Positions 50,971 to 64,000 of a stretch of 64,000 nucleotides of DNA are shown here, piece by piece. A program made the translations under genes and the position numbers. Location of the stretch: the NCBI RefSeq assembly GCF_009914755.1, contig NC_060925.1; one strand, given 5' to 3'. Origin of the DNA: the human T2T-CHM13v2.0 reference genome, Homo sapiens. Position 1 is the first letter of the stretch; every line of letters begins with the position of its first letter. The notes beneath the pieces are model-generated. The model saw only the letters and a program-made list of their open reading frames with translations, was not told the origin of the DNA and did no database searches.

Positions 50971-53900
50971 TTATTTTTAAATTTTTATTTTTTATTTTCA
51001 TAGATTTTTGGGGAACTGGTGGTGTTTGGTTACATGAATAAGTTCTTTAGTGGTGATTTCTGAGATTTTGATGCACCCATAACCCAAGCAGTATACACTT
51101 TACCCAGTGTGCAGTCTTTTGTGCCTCACCACCCTCCCACCCTTTCCTCCGAGTTCCCAAAGTCCATTGTATCATTCTTATGCCTTCACATCTTTATAGC
51201 TTAGCTCCCACTTATGATATATATATCACTATTTCTAAGCTTGTAGCTTAGCTCCCCCATATATATATATACATGAGATTATATATATATGTGTGTCTCA
51301 TAATTTCTTTATCCACTCGTTGATTGATGGCCATTTGGGCTCGTTCCATATTTTTGCAATTGCAAATTGTGCTGCTATAAATATCTGTGTGCAAGTATCT
51401 GTTTTGAATAATGACTCCTTTTCCTCTGGGTAGGTACACAGTAGTGGGATTGCTGGATCAAATGGTAGTTCTACTTTTAGTTCTTTAAGGAATCTCTACA
51501 CTGTTTTCCATAGTGGTTGTACTAGTTTACATTCCCATTAGCAGTGTAAAAGTGTTCTCTCTTCACTACAGCCCCACCAACATCTATTAGTTTCTGATTT
51601 TTGGATTATAGCCATTCTTGCAGGAGTAAGGTGGTATCGCATTGTGCTTTTCATTTGCAATTTCCCTGATCATTAGTGATGTTGAATATTTTTTCATATG
51701 TTTGTTGGTCATTTGTATATCTTCTTTTGAGAACTATCTTTTCATGTCCTTATCCCACTTTTTGATGGGATTGGTTTCTTCTTGCTAATTTGTTTGATTT
51801 CCTTGTAGATTCTGGATATTAGTCATTTGTGGGATGCATAGACGGTGAAGATTTTCTCCCACTCTGTGGATTGTCTTTTTACTCTGCTGATTGTTTCTTT
51901 TGCTGTGCAGAAGCTTTTTAGTTTAATTAAATCCCATCTATTTATCTTTGTTTTTGTTGCATTTGCTTTTTGGGTTCTTGGTCATAAAGCCTTTGCCTAA
52001 GCCAATGTCTAGAAGGCTTTTTTCCAAAGTTATCTTCTTGAATTTTTATGGTTTCAGGCCTTAGATTTAAGTCCTTGATCCATCTTGAGTGATTTTTGTA
52101 TAAGGTGAGAGATGAGGATCTAGTTTCATTCTCTACATGTGGCTTGCCAATTATCCCAGCACTATTTGTTGAATAGGGTGTTCTTTCCCCACTTTATGTT
52201 TTTGTTTGCTTCGTTGAAGATAAGTAGGCTGTAAGTATCTGGCTTTATTTATGGGTTCCCTATTCTGTCCAGTTGGTCTATGTGTCTATTTTTATACCAG
52301 TACCGTGGTGTTTTGGTGACTATGGCTTTATAGTATAGTTTGAAGTCAGGTAGTGTGATGCCTCCAGATTTGTTCTTTTTTGCTTCATTTTGCTTTGGCT
52401 ATGTGGGCTCTTTTTTGGTTCAATATGAATTTTAGGATTTTTTGTCTAGTTGTGTGAAGAATGATGGTACTATTTTGATGGGAATTGCATTGAATTTGTA
52501 GATTGCTCTTGGCAGTATGATCATTTTCACAATATTGTTTCCACCCATTCATGAGCATGAGATGTGTTTCAATTTGTGTCATCTATGATTTCTTTCAGCA
52601 GTGTTTTGTAGTTTTCCTTGTAGAAGTCTTTCACTTCCTTGGTTAGGTGTATTCCTAAGTATTTTATTTTACTTTTTGGCAGCCATTGTAAAAGGGGTTG
52701 AGCTCTTGATTTGATTCTTTGGTTGCTGTTGGTGTATAGCAGAGCTACTGACTTGTGTACATTAATTTTGTATTCTGAAACTTTGCTGAATTCATTTATC
52801 AGTCCTAGGAGCTTTTTTGGAGCAGTCTTCAGTGTTTTCTAGGTATACAATCATAACATCAGCAAACAGCGACAGTTTGACTTCCTCTTTACCAATTTGG
52901 AAGCTCTTTATTTCTTTCTGTTGTCTGACTGCTCTGGCTAGGAATTCTAGTACTATGCTGAATAGAAGTGGTGAGTGGGCATCCTTGTCTTATTCCAGTT
53001 CTCAGGGGGAAGGCTTTCAACGTTTCCACATTCAGTATTATGATGGCTGTGGGTTTGTCACAGATGGCTTTTATCACATTAAGCTATGTCCCTTCTATGC
53101 TGATTTTGCTGAAGGCTTTAATTATAAAGAGATTCTGGATTTTGTGAAATGCTTTTTCTGTGTCTATTGAGATGATCATGTGATTTTTGTTTTTAATTCT
53201 GTTTATGTGCTGTATCACATTTACTGACTTTTGTATGTTAAACCATCCATTCCTGCATCCCTGGTATGAAACTCACTTGATCATGGTGGATTATCTTTTT
53301 GATATGCTGTTGGATTTGGTTAGCTAGTATTTTGTTGAGGATTTTTGCATCTATGTTCATCAGAGATATTGATCTATAGTTTTCTTTTTTTTTTTGTCAT
53401 GTCCTTTCCTGGTTTTGGTATTAGGGTGATACTGGCTTCATACGATGATTTAGGGAGGATTCCCTCTTTATCTTTGTGGATTAGTGTCAATAGGATTCGT
53501 ACCAATTCTTCTTTGAATGTCTGATATAATTCAGCTGTGAATCCGTCTGGTCGCCCCTTTTTAAAATTTGTTTTGGTTGGCAATTTTTAAATTGCCATTT
53601 CAATCTCACTGCTTGTTATTGATCTGTTCAGAGTTTCTATATCTTCCTGGTTTAATCTAGGAGGGTTGTATATTTCCAGGGTTTTATCGATCTCCTCCAG
53701 GTTTTCTAGTTTATGCATGTAAAGGCATTCATAGTGGCCTTGTATGATCTTTTGTATTTCTGTGGTTTTGGTTGTAACATCTCTCATTTTGTTTCTAATT
53801 GAGGTTGTTTGGATCTTCTCTCTTCTTTTTTTGGTTAATCTCACTAATGGTCTATCAATTTTATTTATCTCTTCAAGGAACTAGCTTTTTGTTTCATTTA

Positions 53901-54959
53901 TCTTTTGTATTTTTTTTTTGTTTCAATTTCATTTAGTTCTGCTCTGATCTTTGTTATTTCTCTTCTGCTGGGTTTGGGTTTGGCTTATTCTTATTTATAT
54001 AGTTCCTTGAGGTGTGACCTTATATTGTCTATTCATGCTCTTTCAGACTTTTTGATGCATGCATTTAAGGCTATGAACTTTCCTCTTAGCACTGCCTTTG
54101 CTGTATCCCAGAGGGTTTGATAGGTTGCATCACTATTATCATTCAGTTCAAAGAAATTTAAATCTCCATCTTGATTTCATTGTTTACCCAATGATCATTC
54201 AGGAGTAGGTTACTTAATTTCCATGTATTTACATAAGTTCTGTAGGTTCCTTTTGATTTCCAATTTTATTCCACCATGGTCTGAGAGAGTACTTGATATA
54301 ATTTCAATTTTCTTAAATTTATTGAGACTTGTTTTGTGGCCTTTTATGTTCTACGTTGGAGAACATTCCATGTGCTGATGAATAAAATGTATATTCTGCA
54401 GTTGTTGGGTAGAATGTTCTGTAAGTATCTGTTAAGTCTATTTGTTCTAGGGTATAGTTTAAATCCATTTTTTTGTTGACTTTCTGTCTTGATGACCTGT
54501 CTAATGCTATCAGTGGAGTATTGAATTCCCTACTATTATTGCATTGCTGTCTCTCATTTCTTAGGACTAGTAGTAATTGTTTTATAAATTTAGGAGCTCC
54601 AGTGTTAGGTGTATATATATTTAGGATTGTATCTTTTCCTGTTGGACAAGTCCTTTTATCATTATATAATGTTAATATATAATGTCTTTTTATATATAAT
54701 GTTTTATATATAATGTTTGTCTTTTTAACTGCTGTGGCCTTAAAGTTTATTTTATCTGATATAAGAATACCTGCTCTGGCTCACTTTTGGTGTCCATTTG
54801 CATGGAATAATTTTTCCCACCCCCTTACCTTAAGTTTATGTGAATCCTTATGTGTTAAATGAGTCTCTTGAAGACAGCAGATACTCGGTTGGTGAATTCT
54901 TATCCATTCTGCCATTCTGTATCTTTTAAGTGGAGCGCTTTAACATTAGTATTGAGATG
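50971..54959 (-). mobile_element. L1PB-type LINE-1, ~4 kb, 5'-truncated near the ORF2 start; ORF2 disrupted
   Basis: L1PB 3' end (tttttggggaac...gtttggttacatgaataagttctttagtggtgatttctgagatttt). ORF2 peptides in the track: [10 protein letters not shown]...[32 protein letters not shown]. Many stops and frameshifts. Confidence 0.92.
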
Positions 54960-55177
54960 GTTGCTACACATTCTTGATAGTAAAGGTAACAGCACATGTG
55001 CTACTCTGGAAGGAATCTTATAAATTACAAGTAAACTAATTTTGCTGAATTTGACTAGGCAAAATAATGGTTCATATTTGTATTTCTGGATATTTTAATG
55101 TAATAATACATATCAGTTGAATCCTAAAGACAATTTTGTTTTTGGTAACTCAAAAATATGCATAGAATATATAAGAC

Positions 55178-55206
55178 ATATATATATATGTGTGTGTGTG
55201 TGTGTG
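55178..55206. repeat. (TA)n(TG)n microsatellite
   Basis: Direct reading. Confidence 0.9.
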
Positions 55207-56417
55207 AAAGAGTAAGATCTGAACATTCTTTTATAATGCTATGTACTCTTGTGCATAATTGAAAGTCAACTTATGACTCTGGAAATCTGTTCTTTATGTG
55301 TCAAGTTCATCCTTTGAGTAATAAATCTCAGTTGTTTCCATTGAAATTTGCAAGCTTATCTCTAATCTGTGATGTAGAATGCCATTTTGGTAAGAAATAT
55401 GTAATAATCCTATTCTCACTTTACTGTAAGGTTCAAATTGCTCTCTGATGACTTTTAGAAACACTTCTCTTACCTGGTTATAATCTACCACTCAGTGAAG
55501 ACAGTGAGTGTCAGCTGACTGACTTGGGGAACAAGAAAGCCACATTACTCTTGAATCTATCCTACTCACCAAATTAATGAGCTGTACTACCACCCGCCTC
55601 AGGGGAGAGTGTGTGATCAGCTCTCCTACTCCTGATGATGCTGTCATGGTGATGAATGGCTGAGAGATAGATTCTGGGGAAAGAAATCTAGTTTAGTCAA
55701 AAAAGAAGAGCATCGCCTGTTTTAATAAGAACAAAATTAGTATTGCCACCCTTAACCATTTTGACCAACTGTAATTCTTGAAAATATTAACAGGAAAATC
55801 TTAACAAGTTAACTCTTTCTACATGTTTATTGTCCTTGCTAATGACTGATTCAGAGAGACAGCCAGGTTTTAACCTGCCAGTCAAATATAGAATTTATAT
55901 GAACAAAGAAGGTAGTTACTAAGCATAGTGGTCCTGTAGACTGTCCAGTGAGCTCTCAGCAGAAAAATATTAACATAAAATTATTGGGAATTATAATATT
56001 TGACCCAAGATTTTACTAAAGTTATATTAAGAACCAAAAATTTGGTTATGGAAATGAGAAAATGTTTATTTTCTTCATGTGGAATCCTTAATGCTTAATA
56101 ATCACATTAATGCAACTATAAGATTTTTAACATTTACATTTTTTGCCAATTACAAAGCGCAAAGTTTAGGAATTATTTTTATTGAAATAGATGTAAGGAC
56201 TCCATAGACAAAGATCTATAAAAATGTTTTCTTTTCTAAGCTTTTCATTTCCTGAGGAGAACACCAAGAAAACCAATCAGAATTAACATGAACTAACACA
56301 AGTTTTGCAAATATACATTGGTATAAGAGCACATTTTGCAATACTAGGTTCAAATTTCAACTTGTTAACAATGGTAAATTCTGCTTATTCCAACTCTCTT
56401 GTAGTTACACTTACACT

Positions 56418-56500
56418 CACACACACACACACACACACACTCTCTTCCTTATCCTCCTTTTCCTACTCTCCTCCTTCCTCTTCCTCCTCTCCTCCCTCCT
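56418..56500. repeat. (CA)n followed by a CT-rich low-complexity tract
   Basis: Direct reading. Confidence 0.85.
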
Positions 56501-56562
56501 GCTTTTGTCATTTTTGTCATTTTCTTGATAACTCAATAATTCAAAGTTCAGTTAGAGAATAA

Positions 56563-56925
<363 letters not shown>

Positions 56926-57718
56926 TAAGTCCAAATCTGTCTCACTGACAGAAATCACAATAAAATTTGGAATGGTACAAAACTTTCAGTTAGGAACTTT
57001 GACATATTTGTGGGCCTGAATTGTTTCAGTGCCCCCTTGGCATGTGTTCACAGTGGCACAGTATTTCTGGCTATTAGGTAAAGTATAAAATAATACTTTC
57101 TATAACCACTTAAAATTTTCTTATATCTTTATCAGTTTACTCAGGTATTTGGAGTCTCCCTGTTTAAAATACTATAAGTATTATTCAGTTTTTAAAAAAG
57201 AAAAAGGAAAAGAAAAAAACTAGTAGAACTTTCCTAAGACTTTATTATCCTGTGGGATAGATTGTTTCTGAAGTTAAATTCTCCTTCCTTGTTTCCCAAC
57301 ACCTCTAGTGGGATCTCTCTTAAAGGTGAGGTGACTAATCTTTTACCCTCGAAAAAAAATGATCATGTTAGTGAATGCTGACTCTGCCTTTCAGTTTCTT
57401 AGCCACAAATGTCATTTTGCTACGGTTTCTGAAGCCGTTGCTTTGACAGCTTCAAATTGTCTAGTACAGTGCACAGGAAGTTTTCTTGAATTATTGATAA
57501 ATCTGCATAACTTGGGGAAGTAGAAAATGGCAACTCAGGAGAATTAACAGTTGTTCTAATTCTTTATTCAGGGATATGGCATTTTTACATGTGTTGCAGA
57601 GAAGGAAGATCTCATAACTAAGTAGCTCATTTTGTAGAAAGAGTACTTATTTATATATGGAGATACAAAGGACATTTGGATGGGAAATCTTATTCATCAA
57701 TGTATGCCCTGGATACTC

Positions 57719-57960
57719 TGTACTTTACAGTGAGTGTTCAATAAATATTTATTGAACACTCACTATAAAGTACATTTGTTGAACAATATGGCTATCTCTC
57801 TCTATATATACATATATGCCTCTCTCTATATACAAATACTTATTGAACACTCACTATGAAGTACATTTGTTGAACAATATGGCTCTATCTATCCATATAT
57901 ATATATATATATATACATAGCTCTCTCTATATATAAATATATTGATAGAGAGCCATATTG
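57719..57960. repeat. 56-bp palindrome plus a ~91-101-bp tandem duplication derived from an L2 3' tail
   Basis: AGTGAGTGTTCAATAAAT|ATTTATTGAACACTCACT is a perfect 36-bp core. Duplicated units at 57743-57833 and 57834-57934. Confidence 0.9.
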
Positions 57961-58218
57961 CTTGTTTTCAATCTCAGCAGATCCCTAAAATTCAGTTTCA
58001 AGATATGATGTCAGCAAAAGGAATGTAGCTTGATCTAATGTTCAAGCTGTAAACTACCTCAACGTAGTAGTTAATAAGATGTCTGCAAAATATTGAGTAT
58101 TACTGTAATTCTTTCAAATATTTAAAATATTCTTAAATATTCTTACATGAGGCTCTTTTGGCAATCTCATTCACAGTTTGAACAAATAATGTTACCAGCA
58201 ATAATTAGAATACTGAAG

Positions 58219-58585
58219 TGTGTTAGTGTGTTTTCACACTGCTAGAAAGATACTACTTGAGACTGGGTAATTTATAAAGAGGTTTAATTGGCTCATAGTT
58301 CCACATGGCTGGGGAGGCCTCAGGAAACTTTCAATCATGGTGGAAGGTGAAGAGGAAGCAAGGACCTTCTTCACATGGAGGCAGGAAAGAGAAGAGTGAA
58401 AGTGCAGCAAAAACTGCCATTTATAAAATCATCATATCTCCTGAGAACTCCCTCACTATCGCAAGAACAGCATGGGGGGAGCCACCTCCATGATCCAATC
58501 GCCTCCCACCGAGTCCCTCCCTCCACATGTGAGAATTAAAATTCTAGATGAGATTTGGGTGGGGACACAGAGCCAAACCATATCA
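58219..58585 (-). mobile_element. MSTA MaLR solo LTR
   Basis: tgtgttagt...ttcacactgct ... ggggacacagagccaaaccatatca. Perfect TSD TGAAG at 58214-58218 and 58586-58590. Confidence 0.93.
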
Positions 58586-58939
58586 TGAAGGTACCAACAA
58601 TTTTCTTAATAGATGCATTCAGTTATATTTTAGAACAACATCAATCACTCATTGACTTTCTGATATGTGTTTTTGGAGCTGAAGGAAAAGCAATGGCTAT
58701 AACAATTAAAGATATAGGAATTGAACATAACCAATGCTTATCTAATCTGTGCCCCAGCATCTGAAAATGACTATCATTCATATGTTTGGTAATTATGACT
58801 TAAGGCAATATTTTTATCACAGGCAAAATTTATATATGTGTACATTTCAATATCTGGATATACTATTACTCCCTTCCCCCATGTCACAAAGGTGAAGGTG
58901 GACATCATCCCCAGAAGGGAAAAAAAATCTGGTCAAGAC

Positions 58940-59100
58940 GGTGATTTTGAACCTTTCTATGTATTATAACCACCTGGGAACTCATTAAAAATGTGGATTT
59001 CTGGAATCCTAGGACCAATCTCTGAAATTTTATAGTCTTGGAGTTTTGCAATGATAGTTTTAAAAAGCTTTTCAGATGAACTGATACAGACCATCTTTTG
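58940..59100. mobile_element. MER5-type hAT MITE
   Basis: ataaccacctggg...taaaaatgtggatttctgg ... ttttaaaaagcttttcagatga. Confidence 0.55.
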
Positions 59101-59175
59101 AGAAACATTGATACAAGGGACTACTTTTTTGCACAATGAAACAAGTAACAAGATAGATGAGTTTCTTTTATGTAG

Positions 59176-59665
<490 letters not shown>

Positions 59666-59786
59666 TATATATCTTATTCTTTATAACCCTCAGAGTACTT
59701 AGCTTTATGTCCCTTAACACTTTATATCACCTGGAGTACGTCATACAAAGTGTTAGCCATAAATAAGAACTCAATAAATATTAATT

Positions 59787-59930
59787 AGTAATGGTTCTTA
59801 ACCTAGGTGGAACATCAAGATCGCCTGGAAAACATTGAAAAGCTATTAATGTCAAGGACACTCCCCAAACCAACAGAATCAGAATATCTGCAGATTGCGG
59901 TCTGGTACAGCCAGGGCTGAGAATCACTGA
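59787..59930. mobile_element. MER5A hAT MITE (internally deleted)
   Basis: aatggttcttaacct...gaatcagaatatctg...cagccagggctgagaatcactg. Confidence 0.7.
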
Positions 59931-60195
59931 GCAATACCCTTTCCCTAGATCTCGAGTGTTACCAATTGCATACATTCCAAATCTATATGATTGGGTTTAT
60001 GAGTGTATGTGTGTGTATGTGCACATGTGTTTGCGTGGGTTTTTTTTCCCCAAAATACACAATGACACATATATAAAACAGTATTTTTTTTCTTTTTCTT
60101 GGATGCATGAGGAAAGCTTTCTCCAATTTAGCCAAATATATATTTAAAGTAAAAATTTTGGTCCAGAAACCATGCCTTAGTTAACAGAATCTTAA

Positions 60196-60585
<390 letters not shown>

Positions 60586-60769
60586 AGAATTCATTGTTCT
60601 AATAACTGACATAATAATTGAATGAGATGAGTTTACTGATGAAAATATGATGACGGATAAAAATAAATATTAAATTAAAAACACAATGAAATATCACTAG
60701 CAAAAATTCTGGGACTGGCATTCATTAAGCTAGCTTGAGTTACAATTGTTTGTTATTCCCATCTGTTCT

Positions 60770-61080
60770 GGGCACACCCACTAGAGTGGCCAAAAATAAA
60801 AAGACTGAAAATATCAACCATTGGTTTGGATGTGGAGCAACATTGCTGGTAAGAGACACAAAAGTGTACACATTGTAAAATCCAGAATACATAACACTAA
60901 TTTATGGTGATAGAAACTACGTAGGATGAGGGAATTGGCTGGGAAGAAGCTTTCTAGGCTGATGAAATCTATATTTTGGTTAAACCAGTATACATGTTTG
61001 TCAAAAATAATCAGTTATAATCTGCACAAGTCTGTATAATATTTGTACCTTTTACTGTAAACAATCATATTTCAATATAG
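60770..61080 (+). mobile_element. Ancient L1M 3' fragments
   Basis: cacccactagagtggccaaaaataaaaagactga...ggatgtggagcaac; actaatttatggtgatagaa. Confidence 0.55.
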
Positions 61081-61199
61081 TACTCTTAGACATATTACAT
61101 GAATCAAGTTCTAACTATTTTATAAAGTAAAAAAGTAATAATCTCCAAGATTTTAAGACTGGGGAAACCCCATACATCCATTTTCTCTTTTATAATCAT

Positions 61200-61330
61200 A
61201 TTGATTGGGCACTTTACATAATCTCATTTAATACTCTTAGAAATGATTTGTGTTAAATATCATTAAGCCTATTTTAGAGATGAGGAAACTAAGACTTGAC
61301 AAATGTTCCAGGGGGCCATGAATTGGCTAG
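61200..61330 (-). mobile_element. MIR SINE
   Basis: gcactttacataatctcatttaatactc...cctattttagagatgaggaaactaagact. Confidence 0.75.
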
Positions 61331-62684
61331 AAGGAGGAAGAAACGGAGCCCCTGATTTAACGGTCATGATATTTAGCAGCAGAGGTAGGCAGTAAATGTG
61401 ATCCCTTGAGTACTCTCAGACAGGCTTAAAAACTTCAGGATATTTTTCTGCTTGGGTCTGCTGCCTAGGCCAGGTGTAAGATGTTGTAGGGCTGTAGGTT
61501 CCCTCTGAGGCTTTTGGATTTGGGGAGGGTTCAAGAAACCCTCATCTTGTTCTCACTAGGTCATATTATCAAAGGCTTAAGTCTTAGAACTGATTTTAAG
61601 TGTATGAAATTGCCTAAGTACTCCTGCAGAAGCAGCTTTTACATTTCGTCTGAATCTATCTGTTCCAATAGCACACTCACTCTGAAAGCAGAGACTTGCA
61701 AGAGGTGCTAAGTACACAGAAGGAACAAGTGGGACCGTCTACCATCTTATTTAAAATGACAAATTAAAATGGAAAACCAGTGTATTGACTTGTGTAACTG
61801 AGAAGTCTACTGGAGTCTGACTTCAGGCATGATAGAATCAAGGGTCAGGAATCTGTCTTCCTCCAACTTTCAGCTCTTCTTCCTGTGCATCATGTTGTTT
61901 TCAGGCAGGCTTCTCCAGTTCTATGGCCAAGAAGGCACTGAGGAGTTCTGGGGTTACAGTCTATTCTTTCTGGATGGTTCTAACAAAAGTCCTGAGGCCC
62001 ACATTCATTGAGCTAGCTCAAATGACAATTATTTGTTATTCTCATCTATTTGGGGTATTTACTATTTTTCTCACTTCATCTTTTGGAAATGTGGAGGTAC
62101 AGTTTGTCTCACTCCCCACTAGTTGCTATCACTTGGAAGACAGTCTGCTTGGCAATTATTATCATTTTGCTTTTTTCCCGTATACACTTTCTCATAATTA
62201 AGCTATGCAGCCACTTGGCAGTGAAAGGTGCTTTATTCATAATGACTAAATTACTAGATGTGCTTTATGAAGTGTTATTTTTTCATTAATGACTTTCCAT
62301 TATTTCAGATTTTTAAAAATTTACTGAAACAATGAAATACAGCAAATATTGAGTTGTAAAGCATATAATTCTAAAGAGAACAGCTTGTACAAAAATAAGT
62401 AGATTCAATTTAGTGCCTTACTCACATAATCCTTATAGAAAATTTACTTACAATTTGCATTTGATACCCAGATTTTGATTAAAATGTTTGTTTCTCTTCA
62501 AGTGGATTCATTGTTATGTACCAGTGTATCATAGTTCATTGATTCTAGTTAATTGAACATAAAATGCTTTCTAACCTCACAGATGTGAAATGCTAAAAAA
62601 AGTTGCTTAGAAACGATGAAATGTTGTATTTGCAGATTCCACTGGATTTGTAATGCATGGGAATAACTCAATAAATATGTCTGG

Positions 62685-62775
62685 GGAAAGAAAGAAGGAA
62701 GGAGGAAGGGAAGGAGATTGTGGAGAGGGAGGAGTAGGAAGGGAGGAAAGTAAAAAAGAAGGCAGAAAAGAATAA
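62685..62775. repeat. GA-rich low-complexity tract after an L2 tail
   Basis: ctcaataaatatgt followed by (GAAG/GGAA)-like purine repeats. Confidence 0.7.
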
Positions 62776-64000
62776 ACCATAGGCATAATTCTGAGGCTTT
62801 CTTGGTGGAAAATTTTTCCAACTTTTCTTTCCACGGATGGAAACTTTATTAGGTCAATAGCAATTTGGCTGCTCCCAAGTTAATGAAAATGAAGCCACTG
62901 AGTAGACATATGTGTATTTCCAGGCCTATGAACTCCTGCATGCTTTTCTTCCATGTGGATGGAAGGAAAAACAGATGTAGCTGCCTCTGGACTTCAGTGT
63001 AGGTGCTACACCATGCTGGTTCCTTTATACCCTTCAGATATTACTTTAAATGTCACTTCCTCAGAGAAGCATTCGTGGACTATCCTATCTACAGTATGTT
63101 CCTTCTTGTTATTTCCCCTTAGAGAAGCTTATCCTTTGTTCTCTTCAGACTGTCTACTTATCCCCATAGGGGGCTCATTAAGTAGGCTTAGAGTGTAACT
63201 CATTTCCAAAAGCATATATAATTTGACAGAGATATCAAAGATCAAAAAACATTTAAGAACCAAAGGAATTAAACCTATGTGCAAGTTTCAGATCGAAAAA
63301 CAAACACATGCACTAACAGTTATTAACCTTAAAAATAGAAAACTCAAATTGTATCATTACTACATGATAGTAAATGAGAACAAAACTCTGTACCCAGGGC
63401 AACCAGTGAAGGAAACATGGAGGTCAACTTGACTTACCTACGTTTCCCTGGTGCTGTACTGCTACTAAGTTACATGTAAGATTATGTGATGCTAGCCCAT
63501 CTTCTTACTTCTGGACAGGTTACTTTTAAACCAGGGCCAGAGAGATGAGCTGTATTCCTCTTAATATTTTATTAGAGAGGGTGAGAGCCTACCCTGCAAA
63601 TTTAGGAACTCTTTATTAGACTAAATTCGAAGCCATATCTTTTGTAAATTTTTCATGTTTCACTTTAAGACACTTTATTAAACTGTCTTTACTGATGAAG
63701 GAGAGGGCTGAGTCTATTAGTACAAAAGTTTGTTCTCTTGCTATCACAGGACATTATATCTGGGAAAACACCCATGTAGTTTGTGATAGTGGGTACTTCT
63801 GTTCTCAACTTCAGTTCCACCATCTTTTCCTTTGCATCAGTTACAATCTGTCATCCTAGGTAAAACCTAGCTGGAAAACACTCCTGAAATTCTACCCCAA
63901 AGCTGCACTGCCTTTAGAACTAATTCATGAGGTATTGCCTTATCATAGTGTGAACATCTGTACATATAGCAACTGATTATCTCAATATGTGTTAAGAAAC

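Noticed and set aside
52385-53844. ORFs with reverse-transcriptase-like motifs
   Set aside because: They are fragments of a dead L1PB ORF2 with many stops and frameshifts, not a novel RT system.
57719-57960. CRISPR-like repeat-spacer array
   Set aside because: Only two units, no unique spacers, in a mammalian context.

Overview
Primate (catarrhine/hominoid, most likely human) non-coding genomic DNA. It is AT-rich, CpG-depleted and about half interspersed repeat. I find no protein-coding exon, CpG-island promoter or functional RNA gene, and I cannot name the locus. The ORF-track entries are Alu, L1 or LTR read-throughs or chance ORFs. The window holds 10 Alus, several L1 relics (including a ~4 kb L1PB-type ORF2 copy), many L2/MIR fragments, hAT DNA transposons, many MaLR/ERV LTRs, a full-length MST-type MaLR provirus and an intact HERV-K(HML-2) solo LTR. 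The most notable structures are: (1) a tailless retrocopy of the 5' half of tRNA-Glu(CTC), inside an ERV1 LTR, inside a MaLR provirus; (2) a tailless 33-nt U2 snRNA 5' retrocopy; (3) a 56-bp near-perfect palindrome plus tandem duplication built from an L2 tail; (4) two AluY copies inserted at the same target site; (5) an HML-2 LTR inserted at the TATA-like position of an older LTR. I found no evidence for a new biological system; these are individual retrotransposition and replication-error fossils. Repeat subfamily names come from remembered consensus sequences, and the boundaries of old elements are approximate. Confirm both with RepeatMasker/Dfam.
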